Origin: Naegleria gruberi
Taxonomy: Eukaryota
NCBI GenBank assembly: GCA_000004985.1
Contig: GG738846.1
Reading direction: 5' to 3' (one strand)
DNA: 64,000 nt
Position numbers and translations under genes: made by a program. Under the pieces are notes generated by a model. It saw only the letters and a program-made list of their open reading frames with translations. It searched no databases and had not been told where the DNA came from. How positions within the stretch are numbered: the stretch's first letter is position 1; the number at the start of each line of letters is the position of its first letter. Of this stretch, positions 45,373-54,822 are shown piece by piece.

Positions 45373-45736
45373 TCAGAGTGATAAAATGACCTACCCTTTG
45401 CAACGTTCAATACCACCGTAATGCCCTTTTTGTAAACTTTTGAAACATTCTTGCGTGAGGAGTTCTTATCTGAAATGGCCTTTGCAAAAATCATTATACA
45501 AAGATCTATTTAATAATTGCATTCATTTCAATACAATCAGTTGACAGGCATGCCACATAAAATGTTCTTTTTTCAGAACCCAAACCTCATGGCCAAATCA
45601 CTATGAAAATTGATTATTAGTGAACCTTCTTCCAATCTTTTTTTAAACTCCGGACTTTTTATCATTGCCTTGATTTTTTATTATGGTGAGCGCTTGTTTG
45701 GTAGGACTTGTTTGCAAGAAATAAAAAATAAATAAG

Positions 45737-48004
45737 ATGGCTACGAGTACGGGTAGATTCATTGCCGTCGTTTTAATGATGACCCTGATGATGGTTAGCA
45801 TTATGAATGGTTCGGAAATTCCTTCATCATACTTTAAAAATGTTCAAGGACCTCCAAGTGAATTTGCTAATTTTGCTGATCCAACACCAGCCGATGCTTC
45901 ATTGGTATCAGATTCTTTCATGATGGAAATTGCTCTCCAACAACAAGGAGACAAGGCTTCATGGCAAGGAATGATTCCAGTTGACTCTTTGGATCATGTT
46001 GCTATTTCTATTGTTGGTCCTGATGCTAAATACATGAATTTGAGAGTTGTTAATATTGATGATGTCGTTGTTAACGAATTACAAGAAGCTAACATTGAAA
46101 ATTATAATCAAGCTATTAAAGCTAAAAATCACGTTGTAAATACATGGATGGGTTATGATAAGCATAGCTCTGTTCCAGCTAAAGTTTTCAACTTTAATAA
46201 CAATGATCAAGTTAAGACTGGAGATTGGATTATTGAAGTTAGTTTGGATTCTCAAGCTCCACAAGCTGTTCAACAAAAGTATCAATCTAAGAAGGATACA
46301 TCAAAGGCTGACTTGATGTTGATCATTTATAATAGTAGCCCATTGACTGCTCATACTCAATCTATCAATATGAATGCTGTTCTTGGTGAAAAGATTGGTT
46401 TCATTACTCGTGTTACTGACAAGACTGAAGCTGAAAAGAGAGAAAGAATTGGTGTCAAGTATGTTCCAAAGGCTATTCCAGCCGAAAGTTTCGAACATAT
46501 TGAAGCTGAAATTGATGTTCAATATCCTGATGGAAAGGAAGACATTGTTCCAATGCACTCTACTTCTTTTGCTGGTATTCAAGCTTTGGAACACCAAGGT
46601 GCTTTCAGTGGTGAATTTGTTGCTACTGAAAAGGGTATTTTCCACTTTAGAGTTGTTGTTAAGGGTGTTGTTGGTGCAGAAATGAGAAAGACTCTCTTCA
46701 AATCTGCCAAGTTTATTGATCCACAATCACCAAAGATTACCTTTATGCGTACCACTCAACACATTATTGCTATTGTTGATAAGGAAGTTCAATTGGTCAA
46801 GGATGGTGCTCTCGCTTCCTTTACTCAAGCTGATGAAATGATGACTGTCAATTTGCAAGCTAAAAAGTTGTTGCCATCTGCTGAACCAAAGAAGTATAAG
46901 GCCTTTGCTGAAGTTTGGGCTGTTTCCAAGACTGATGCTTCCAAGCTTGTCCCAGTTTGTTACACTCTTGGTATGACTATTTCTTCTGATTCTCAAGAAC
47001 TCGGTAAGGATTATGTCAGTATTCCATTGCAATTCTCCATGAAGTGGTTGTCAAAGGCTAACGCTATGCTTCCATTGACATTGAAGAATATCAAGATTCA
47101 AGATGTTGACACCTCATCTGCTATTAGTGAATTGGATGAAGTCTCTTCAATTGAAACTCACAGTCTCTTGATTGATACTGAAACCAAGAAGGTTAATCAC
47201 AGACTCACTGAAAAGTCCATTGTTCACTCATATATTAACGATCTCTTGATGGATAAGTATGCTTTTGAACAAGTTACTGAAACCATGTTGATGGGTCCAA
47301 GACCAAAGCAACTCACTCTCAAGGCTAGGGCTAGAAATAGCAACCATAAGGTTATCCTTGTTCACGGTTATTGCTCTGCTGGTGATCCATTCACTGCCTC
47401 TCACTTCCAAAATGCCATTGTTTTCAGCGATCCAAACCAATCTAGAAGCAATGACAAGTTTGCTCAAATGATTTGGGAAGTTGCTAAGGATTTGGATTCA
47501 TTCGCTGTTGTTGCTCACAGTCAAGGTGGTATGGCAGGTGTTCACTTGTACACTTTCTATTGGTCAACTGCTGATAATATTCCAACCAATGCTAACATTA
47601 GACTTTTGCAATCTGTTGGTACTCCTTATGGTGGTTGTTCTGCTGCTGGTTCCATTGCTAACCTTGGTAAGGTCTTTGGTGCTGGATGTGGTTCAAATAC
47701 TGATTTGAGTCCTGATGGTGCTTCAAAGTGGCTCAAGACTATTCCAGAAGCCTCTCAAAAGAAGGTCTATTATTACACTACTCAAAATAAGAAGGATGGT
47801 TCCTCATGTCACTCCATGATGGACTGGATTTTGTACAAGCCAAACGATGGTACTTCTGAAATTAGATATACTTCTGCTTTGACTTCTGCTAACAATATGG
47901 GTTTGAAGTACGGATGGTGTCACACTACTGACATGAATTATCCACCTCAATGTACTGATCCAGATCGTAATGCTGAACTCAACAAGTATGCTAACGGTTT
48001 TTAA
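45737..48004 (+). CDS. Secreted alpha/beta-hydrolase; C-terminal class-2 lipase domain with large N-terminal domain (paralog of 1619..3454)
   Basis: Signal peptide MATSTGRFIAVVLMMTLMMVSIMNG. VILVHGYCSAGDPF and nucleophile elbow AHSQGG. Very strong preferred-codon bias (GCT, GGT, AAG, ACT, TCT, TTC). Confidence 0.65.
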   Translation: MATSTGRFIAVVLMMTLMMVSIMNGSEIPSSYFKNVQGPPSEFANFADPTPADASLVSDSFMMEIALQQQGDKASWQGMIPVDSLDHVAISIVGPDAKYMNLRVVNIDDVVVNELQEANIENYNQAIKAKNHVVNTWMGYDKHSSVPAKVFNFNNNDQVKTGDWIIEVSLDSQAPQAVQQKYQSKKDTSKADLMLIIYNSSPLTAHTQSINMNAVLGEKIGFITRVTDKTEAEKRERIGVKYVPKAIPAESFEHIEAEIDVQYPDGKEDIVPMHSTSFAGIQALEHQGAFSGEFVATEKGIFHFRVVVKGVVGAEMRKTLFKSAKFIDPQSPKITFMRTTQHIIAIVDKEVQLVKDGALASFTQADEMMTVNLQAKKLLPSAEPKKYKAFAEVWAVSKTDASKLVPVCYTLGMTISSDSQELGKDYVSIPLQFSMKWLSKANAMLPLTLKNIKIQDVDTSSAISELDEVSSIETHSLLIDTETKKVNHRLTEKSIVHSYINDLLMDKYAFEQVTETMLMGPRPKQLTLKARARNSNHKVILVHGYCSAGDPFTASHFQNAIVFSDPNQSRSNDKFAQMIWEVAKDLDSFAVVAHSQGGMAGVHLYTFYWSTADNIPTNANIRLLQSVGTPYGGCSAAGSIANLGKVFGAGCGSNTDLSPDGASKWLKTIPEASQKKVYYYTTQNKKDGSSCHSMMDWILYKPNDGTSEIRYTSALTSANNMGLKYGWCHTTDMNYPPQCTDPDRNAELNKYANGF

Positions 48005-48141
48005 GTAAAGTATTTCTAGTTTTAAATAAATCTAAGTTTTTGTGTGAAATGTATTTTTTCTTCTTAAAGAACTTTTGTTTCAATATTGTTAAGGCAAACC
48101 ATTTTTAAATTAACAACGTTCATTAAAACAATCACAAAAAA

Positions 48142-48765
48142 ATGAGTTTACGACCAGAATTCACCAGACAAGACAGCCTCTCATCTTCCGTAAGCTATGA
48201 AGATGTTGATGACGAGCCTTCCCCATTTTCATCTTCCGAAGTTGATCAACAACAATTTGTGCTTGATAATAATTCATTGTTAGAGGCTAGATTTTCTATT
48301 GAACATGTAAAAACTGTCCTATCGCAACTCTACAAACAATTAACATGTTTTAATATTTTCATCATGATTTTAGTGTACATAGTAATCGTATCTGCAAGTT
48401 CCATATTTTTCTTTTTTGTTGCGTCCACAGATGTGAATTATGATGATAATGTTTACAATAGTATGAACACATTCGAATATCTGCACTATTCATTTACAGC
48501 CTCAAGAAGAATTCTGCACTGGAAGAGACTATTGATCGTGATTGCATTCCAATTATTTGTATTTATTAGTCATTTATCATTCTTCCTCACCTTCTTCCAA
48601 TATTGCAAAAACAAATACGTGCAAGGACCTCTAATCAGAATGGAACATTTGAAAACAATTTACAAGCAAAAATTGTTCATTGCTGTTTCCTTAATAACTC
48701 TCACGAGTATGATTAGTCTCTTCTTACTATCTCCTAATATTGTTAATTGGCTGTTTGGACTCTAA
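48142..48765 (+). CDS. Small multi-pass membrane protein, unknown function
   Basis: ATG at 48142. Three to four hydrophobic segments. Confidence 0.35.
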   Translation: MSLRPEFTRQDSLSSSVSYEDVDDEPSPFSSSEVDQQQFVLDNNSLLEARFSIEHVKTVLSQLYKQLTCFNIFIMILVYIVIVSASSIFFFFVASTDVNYDDNVYNSMNTFEYLHYSFTASRRILHWKRLLIVIAFQLFVFISHLSFFLTFFQYCKNKYVQGPLIRMEHLKTIYKQKLFIAVSLITLTSMISLFLLSPNIVNWLFGL

Positions 48766-50123
48766 TTTTCAGTTCCTTGCAATGGTTGTGAATAAAACTT
48801 ATTATCCAAATCAGTTTCATGTTTTTTCAAGTTGATAAATTGATCATTCTCAATTACATTCTTGTAATAGTGATTGACAAAGGTGAGGAGATTGTTAAGA
48901 ATTTCTAAAAACTTGTCATTGGACATGTAAATCAAGTGTAATAATTTAGGTGAGGCAATCTTTTCAAATATAAATATACAAAATAGTAAAATATTGAGAT
49001 AAATACTCGTGATGGTCCAAAATAACTGATTCACAAATGATTTTGGTATTTGCATGAGATTTTTCATTCTCAAATAAACTGAAAGAATCATGTAGAAATT
49101 CTTTGGATTATTATTTCTAATCTTGGCTAGTAATCTGGCAACAGTGAGCTTTGCATTGGTTCCAATTCTGAAATACTTCCTAAAATTTAACATTAAATCC
49201 GAAAGATGATTCTCCAATTTGGACAATTCAATTACAATAATCGGTTTGATAAAAAAATTGAATCGATCATGTACATAGGTTACAGTTAATAGAGTTAAAA
49301 TTGCTAATGATTTGATAATGTTCAATAAAATTTCCACAAACAGAATAATCATACTAGAAGTAATTGGTCTATCAATAGTTGTATAATATTCTGGTTTGAT
49401 TTTTTCATTTTCAGAACTCTTCTCATTAAAATCAATCCCATCACTATTACTGCTCGCATTAAATAATTTAAATAGCATCTTATCAATACTATATACTGTA
49501 TTATTAGTATTACTACTAGCATTATTATTTACATTAAAATTCTGTTTTGATGATGGATCATCCTCTTCCTCAATTGGTAGATCAAATCCAACACTTGATG
49601 ATTTCTTCTCCTTTTCCTTTTTTGAATTTTCTTTATCTAATAACTTCATATTGTGATGATCATCTTCATCAACCATTTCCAAAACATTGTAAACACTCTT
49701 TATAAAATTGGTCAATTTGTTCACTGATTGAAATGGATGTAATAATATCTGTGAATCATATTCATTATAATATTTAGCCTTTATCCTTTCATTACTATTA
49801 ATATTGTGAGAAAATAAATTATGAAGAATTGGAGCATTGGTTGAAATTTTGAACAAGTGATGATCTAATAAATCAATCTTATTTTCCTTTAACTTGTTGA
49901 GAATTTTCGTTCGTAATTCCTGATTTTTAATGGGTTTCAAGTGTGAGAGGAGTTGAACAAGTCTTCTCCTTTTCGAATAATCGGATGGTGGTGTTGTTGA
50001 TGATGGTATTTTGTATGTTGATGATGGTGTCGATGATGAATCCGAGTGTTGTGAATGTTCATTATTATGATGTTGTTTATCAAATGAGTGAGGATGAATT
50101 GTTAAGAGATCAAATAGGAACAT
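48762..50123 (-). CDS. Hypothetical protein (453 aa), His/Ser-rich N-terminus and hydrophobic C-terminal half
   Basis: ATG at 50123..50121. Its stop codon overlaps the stop of the converging 48142..48765 gene. Confidence 0.4.
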   Translation of the reverse strand: MFLFDLLTIHPHSFDKQHHNNEHSQHSDSSSTPSSTYKIPSSTTPPSDYSKRRRLVQLLSHLKPIKNQELRTKILNKLKENKIDLLDHHLFKISTNAPILHNLFSHNINSNERIKAKYYNEYDSQILLHPFQSVNKLTNFIKSVYNVLEMVDEDDHHNMKLLDKENSKKEKEKKSSSVGFDLPIEEEDDPSSKQNFNVNNNASSNTNNTVYSIDKMLFKLFNASSNSDGIDFNEKSSENEKIKPEYYTTIDRPITSSMIILFVEILLNIIKSLAILTLLTVTYVHDRFNFFIKPIIVIELSKLENHLSDLMLNFRKYFRIGTNAKLTVARLLAKIRNNNPKNFYMILSVYLRMKNLMQIPKSFVNQLFWTITSIYLNILLFCIFIFEKIASPKLLHLIYMSNDKFLEILNNLLTFVNHYYKNVIENDQFINLKKHETDLDNKFYSQPLQGTEN

Positions 50124-50198
50124 TTTTTAATTATTAAATGATAAATTTAATATTTAAATAATAATTCAAATAATTATTATTTTAATTAATAATTAACT

Positions 50199-51116
50199 TT
50201 ATAAAACACTTTCTTTACATAAAAATTCCTCTTGTTGATCTCTCACACGTTGTTCTTCTCTCTTTCTCTCTTTACACTTTTTACACCAATCTTTCAATTC
50301 TTGAATGAGATTCTTCTTATCTTTGAATCTTCCTCTACGATTCACCAAATCAGTTCCACACTTGTAATGAAGAATAACATGGCTATTATGAATGGGTTTC
50401 TTAATTACAATACCCTTATTGTTACTATTACTCAAGCTTGAATCTATTGTTTTACTGACATTATTCATTGATAATGATGGTGCAGTATTATTGATACTGC
50501 CCTGTTGTTGTTCATTGTTGGTGGTGGTAGCATTCTTCTTTTCAAAATTAGACAAATACCATCCCCTAGTCATGGAATAGAGAGAGGCTGATTTGTTATT
50601 GTTATTTGGATAGCCTGGTAAGAGCTCTTCGAGATCTAATTTACGACCAAATACATTGAATTGTACATTATTATAGTTAGTGGAGGATGAGGTAGCATTG
50701 TTTGTTGTGGAATTGTAGAGAATTGGAGAAACTGGAGGATGATCATAATTCATTATGGATGAGAGTGATGAGGATTTGTGCAATTGTTGTTGTTGCTGGC
50801 CTACATTATTTGGTCCACTATTATTCAAGCCTAGTGTGGAAACATTTGGTGTTGTTGTGGTACTACTAGTTGAGTGATGATGCATTGGATAGGGTGAATA
50901 GTGATGATGAAGTGGTTGTTGTTGTTGAGGATTCGAATTCATCACAATTGCACTACCCAGTGCAGGAAATGAAGAAGGTGGTGGAGGTGGAGGAGCCAAA
51001 GCTGATGATGATGATGATGGTGCAAACATTGTCTGTTCCATCATCATTGTATTGGGTGCTATTATCGAAGAAGATGAAGAATGAGGGATAGCGGTTGAAG
51101 ATGGTGGTTGCATCAT
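50199..51116 (-). CDS. Pro/Gln/Ser-rich protein with basic Cys-containing C-terminal region (possible nucleic-acid binding)
   Basis: ATG ATG at 51116..51111. C-terminus HYKCGTDLVNRRGRFKDKKNLIQELKDWCKKCKERKREEQR. Confidence 0.35.
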   Translation of the reverse strand: MMQPPSSTAIPHSSSSSIIAPNTMMMEQTMFAPSSSSSALAPPPPPPSSFPALGSAIVMNSNPQQQQPLHHHYSPYPMHHHSTSSTTTTPNVSTLGLNNSGPNNVGQQQQQLHKSSSLSSIMNYDHPPVSPILYNSTTNNATSSSTNYNNVQFNVFGRKLDLEELLPGYPNNNNKSASLYSMTRGWYLSNFEKKNATTTNNEQQQGSINNTAPSLSMNNVSKTIDSSLSNSNNKGIVIKKPIHNSHVILHYKCGTDLVNRRGRFKDKKNLIQELKDWCKKCKERKREEQRVRDQQEEFLCKESVL

Positions 51117-51325
51117 TTTATTTTAAAATAAATGTCTAACGGCTATGAACGCAAATCAATAAGAAAACGCGCTAAATTTTAAAAAAAATTAAAAAACATT
51201 CTAAGGAGATTTGCAATAAATAATTTGGATTGAGGATCATTCAGTCACTCATTCTTTGAAATAATAAGAATGAAATGTTTGATGAATAAATAATATTTGA
51301 TTTTTATAAAAATAGAACAAAAAAA

Positions 51326-52615
51326 ATGTCAATACTCGAAGAACAAAACACACTCCCATTCTCTGAACAAGAATCACCAGAAAATTATCTTTATTTTCTT
51401 ACCACAGTTAATCCAACAGATTTTATTAATACGTCGGAGAGAGGAAGTAAAATTGTAAAATTATTTTCGGAACACTTTTTACCTTTGCCCTTCTCATCGA
51501 ATGAGGATGGATCTGACTTGACAGAGGAAACAACAGTAATTTTACTTGTTCCATACTTTATTGCATTGGGAACTTTGCAAATTAGACAGGAAAATACTCA
51601 GCCATTCAATATGGAATTGCATCAAAAAAATAGAAAGATTCAATTGAAACAAGCAAATGAATATTTTTGTAAATTTTTAAATTTGGCTTTACAATATGAT
51701 CAGGTTAATGATGATTACCTCTCTTGGGTATTGCCTCATACAATGAATAGGGATGATGATGAGGAGGAACAAGTTGCAAAATCTACCAAGAAACAGGATA
51801 AGGCATTCGAACAATTGATGAATGACAGAAGTCAAATGGTATTGCGAATGAAGACAAAGAATGCCTTAGCACAGGAGTTATTTTCAAACGTTGAGGAAAT
51901 GTCTGAATTGGAAATTTCTAGATTATTGTCGAGTGTTTCTCTTGGAGAGGATTCAAGCAAGAAGGTTTCAGAACAAGTGAAAAAGAAAATGTTGAACATT
52001 AGAGATTATATTAACTTTTGCGTTCTAGACACTTTGGAGAATTTAGCTTCCAACAGTAGAGAAGAAGGAATGCTCAATGCAGTTTCTGCTCGTCCTTCCA
52101 TGCCTCAACATCCTTCCCAATCGTATCAACAACAAAGTGGTTCAACATCAGGACAACCAATTTCCCATCTTAAGGCTACATCTATTAATGATGTTCTTAA
52201 TAACCGTGGGGTTCTCTCACAAATGGGCTATAATATGATCTTACTTCCAAATAATAATGGTGGCAATACTGGAAACAAGTCAACCAGTAGTGGCAATTCA
52301 TTACAAAAGAAGGCACTCGCCAATCAGTCCATTCAATCCAATATTATCAATAATAGAACAACAAGAGAGGATATCAAAAGTAGAGTGTTTGGATCCTATG
52401 TTCCTGGACCAACAGTATCTCTGGAAGAGTTTGCCCGACAGGAATGTATCGACATGCACCAAAGAGAAGAAAAAGACAAGCAATTCAAACAAGAACAGAC
52501 TCAAAAGAAGAAGGATGACGAAGAGGAAGAAGATGAAGAGGAATTGAAAAAGAAGAGAGTGTGGGAAGATTGGAAAGATGATCATGTTAAAGGTTCTGGT
52601 AATATGAGAGATTAA
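51326..52615 (+). CDS. TAP42/alpha4 (IGBP1)-like PP2A-family phosphatase regulatory protein
   Basis: C-terminal signature VFGSYVPGPTVSLEEFARQE...EEEEDEEELKKKRVWEDWKDDHVKGSGNMRD matches the TAP42-family C-terminus (R-E-W-D-D-W-K-D-x-H-P-R-G-x-G-N). ATG at 51326. Confidence 0.7.
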   Translation: MSILEEQNTLPFSEQESPENYLYFLTTVNPTDFINTSERGSKIVKLFSEHFLPLPFSSNEDGSDLTEETTVILLVPYFIALGTLQIRQENTQPFNMELHQKNRKIQLKQANEYFCKFLNLALQYDQVNDDYLSWVLPHTMNRDDDEEEQVAKSTKKQDKAFEQLMNDRSQMVLRMKTKNALAQELFSNVEEMSELEISRLLSSVSLGEDSSKKVSEQVKKKMLNIRDYINFCVLDTLENLASNSREEGMLNAVSARPSMPQHPSQSYQQQSGSTSGQPISHLKATSINDVLNNRGVLSQMGYNMILLPNNNGGNTGNKSTSSGNSLQKKALANQSIQSNIINNRTTREDIKSRVFGSYVPGPTVSLEEFARQECIDMHQREEKDKQFKQEQTQKKKDDEEEEDEEELKKKRVWEDWKDDHVKGSGNMRD

Positions 52616-53430
52616 AATACATCATAATAATTTTCACTCTTGACCACAATCAATGAAGGTTTGAGACATGTTCTCACAAATTCTACAACTTGTTTCACAG
52701 CTTCCACCATTCTATTTCCATTAATATCAATAAACACTTTCAATTCACATGATGGGTTACCATATTTATATCGTCTCCAAACTTTGGAAATGCTTTTTTG
52801 TTCCATTTCATCCAAACAATTGGACCACCAAAATTCAATCTCTGGATATTTCTTTTTAGTTTCCTCAATATAATCCTTTGAAATATCCAAACACAATAAT
52901 TTTGCACAATTTTCAAATAATATTTTAGAGGTATCACCACGAGCAGAACCAATCTCAATCACAAAGTCTCCCGATTGCATTATTGGATCAACACCTCCTT
53001 TCTGTTGCTGTACAAAATCATACGATTTGAAAACTTGTGTTTTTGCAAGCATTCGGAAATCTCTTGTATCTCTACAAACAATCACCTTTTCTTGATGCAA
53101 TAAACTCATGATGGGAATCATCTTGCTTGGAGAGACATGATAACAAGACTGATCTTTACAATATTGAATTTTATATTTTCCAACAAATTCACTCCTCTCA
53201 CTTTCTACCACCTTGTTTACAACTCTGGCAATGGAGTATACTTTTTTCCCTTGAATTATCCATACTAGATTATATTTTGAAAATAGATATTCCTCATTGG
53301 AAGTAATTAATTGGTGATCAAAATTATTATATTCCACTTTTCCGAGATTATATAAAATTAATCCATCTTTTACTCCTTTCATTCCATCGTCATTGTTATT
53401 TTGATGAGTAATGGAAGTTTGTTCCACCAT
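52612..53430 (-). CDS. Class I SAM-dependent methyltransferase-like protein
   Basis: Motif I-like VIEIGSARGDTS followed by LLCLDIS. ATG at 53430..53428. Its stop overlaps the TAP42 stop in a shared TTAA. Confidence 0.4.
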   Translation of the reverse strand: MVEQTSITHQNNNDDGMKGVKDGLILYNLGKVEYNNFDHQLITSNEEYLFSKYNLVWIIQGKKVYSIARVVNKVVESERSEFVGKYKIQYCKDQSCYHVSPSKMIPIMSLLHQEKVIVCRDTRDFRMLAKTQVFKSYDFVQQQKGGVDPIMQSGDFVIEIGSARGDTSKILFENCAKLLCLDISKDYIEETKKKYPEIEFWWSNCLDEMEQKSISKVWRRYKYGNPSCELKVFIDINGNRMVEAVKQVVEFVRTCLKPSLIVVKSENYYDVF

Positions 53431-54822
53431 TTTTTTTGATCAGAAAAAAACTTGTCGTTACAATAATTTCATATTGGGAAGTTCCAAATTTGAAATCTTA
53501 ATGAACTTTAAAGCAAAAATGCAACTCTCTTTCAAATGGACCTTAATTTAAAAGAAAGTTGGTTTCGAATATGATATTGATGTCTAACGATGGTAACACT
53601 GAACCACCAAAGAATGAAATCAAATCCACTAACATTTATTTTGGTCTCGTTCCAGGTGTTGACATCAGTATCAAGATTTTGGTTTAAGTTAATATTTGTA
53701 TTGTTCCACACTTCCTTTGCTTGTTGAAGGACAGGATATCTAAATGTTCATGTTGCATTTTAACAAATTACCACGAGTAACTTCGTTGATAATTAACTAT
53801 CAAGGTTGATAATGAACACATATGAATCTCTCATATAAGGAATAAAATTGCACTTTTTACAATTTGCTTCCTCGGCGTATTGTCAAAAGCAGCTGCATGA
53901 ATGGGTTGTCTGTCCTTATTAGTACGGGTGTGCAAACAATGAGTCGGGAAATCTTCGGGCCACAACCCTACACAATACATGACCTTTACATTGTTACAAA
54001 AATACCTTGGATTTGTAGATAAGATATACAATGACGGCTATGTTTAATAATTAGAATTTAATTAATATTATTCAATTTAGAATGATCAAAGTTATGAGGT
54101 TTGGTGTGAAGATTACTGAAATCTCAAATAAGTATGCACAGATAATTTTCAAATTTTTGCCGAAGATAATTCCTCTGGAATCCTCTGGAAATGGTTGCAA
54201 GGTATTGACCGACCATACGAATTAAGGGGTTGAAAAGCAAGAAATCCTGCCACATCACTTAGATACCACTATTTCACTGTGGCTTGAGGATTGTTATTAT
54301 TGAATAGATCGACTGCTGTCGCCTAGTAGATGCATTGAGTGGAGTTAGTGGCGAAGAGATATTGCCTTCCACAATCATCATTGATAACCGTCCTTTAAAT
54401 TCTTCAACCTCAACATGAGTGAATATACTTTGTCATGTGGTATAATATATGAACTTTGTACTTAGATGCCGCTTGCTCCTGAAAGCTACTTTAACTATCA
54501 TCTCAATGTAGTGGTGCATTGCAAGGGGTTCCAAATAAGTTGCACCTCCACTAAACAAAGTGTTGCACAAAAGTGGCTGTCTGGTTGAGCACAATCCAAG
54601 CTAAATTAAAAAAAAATCAATATACCCTATCGCTTATTGCCTCAAAAAATTGTTTTCCTTCATCACACAGTAAAAATACATCATCCTTAAATCTACGACA
54701 AGGACAATTTTCAAAACAACATTAAAAACAACAACAATCAACTCTTGAGCATTTCCAACAACAATTACGCAGTCTAGTTTATTATATTCATACAATCATC
54801 TTCATTGTTGGGAATTTAGAAA

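Noticed and set aside
53555-53575. ggtttcgaat, superficially like a tRNA T-arm (GGTTCGAAT)
   Set aside because: One base off consensus, and the flanking sequence cannot form acceptor, D or anticodon stems. No tRNA called.
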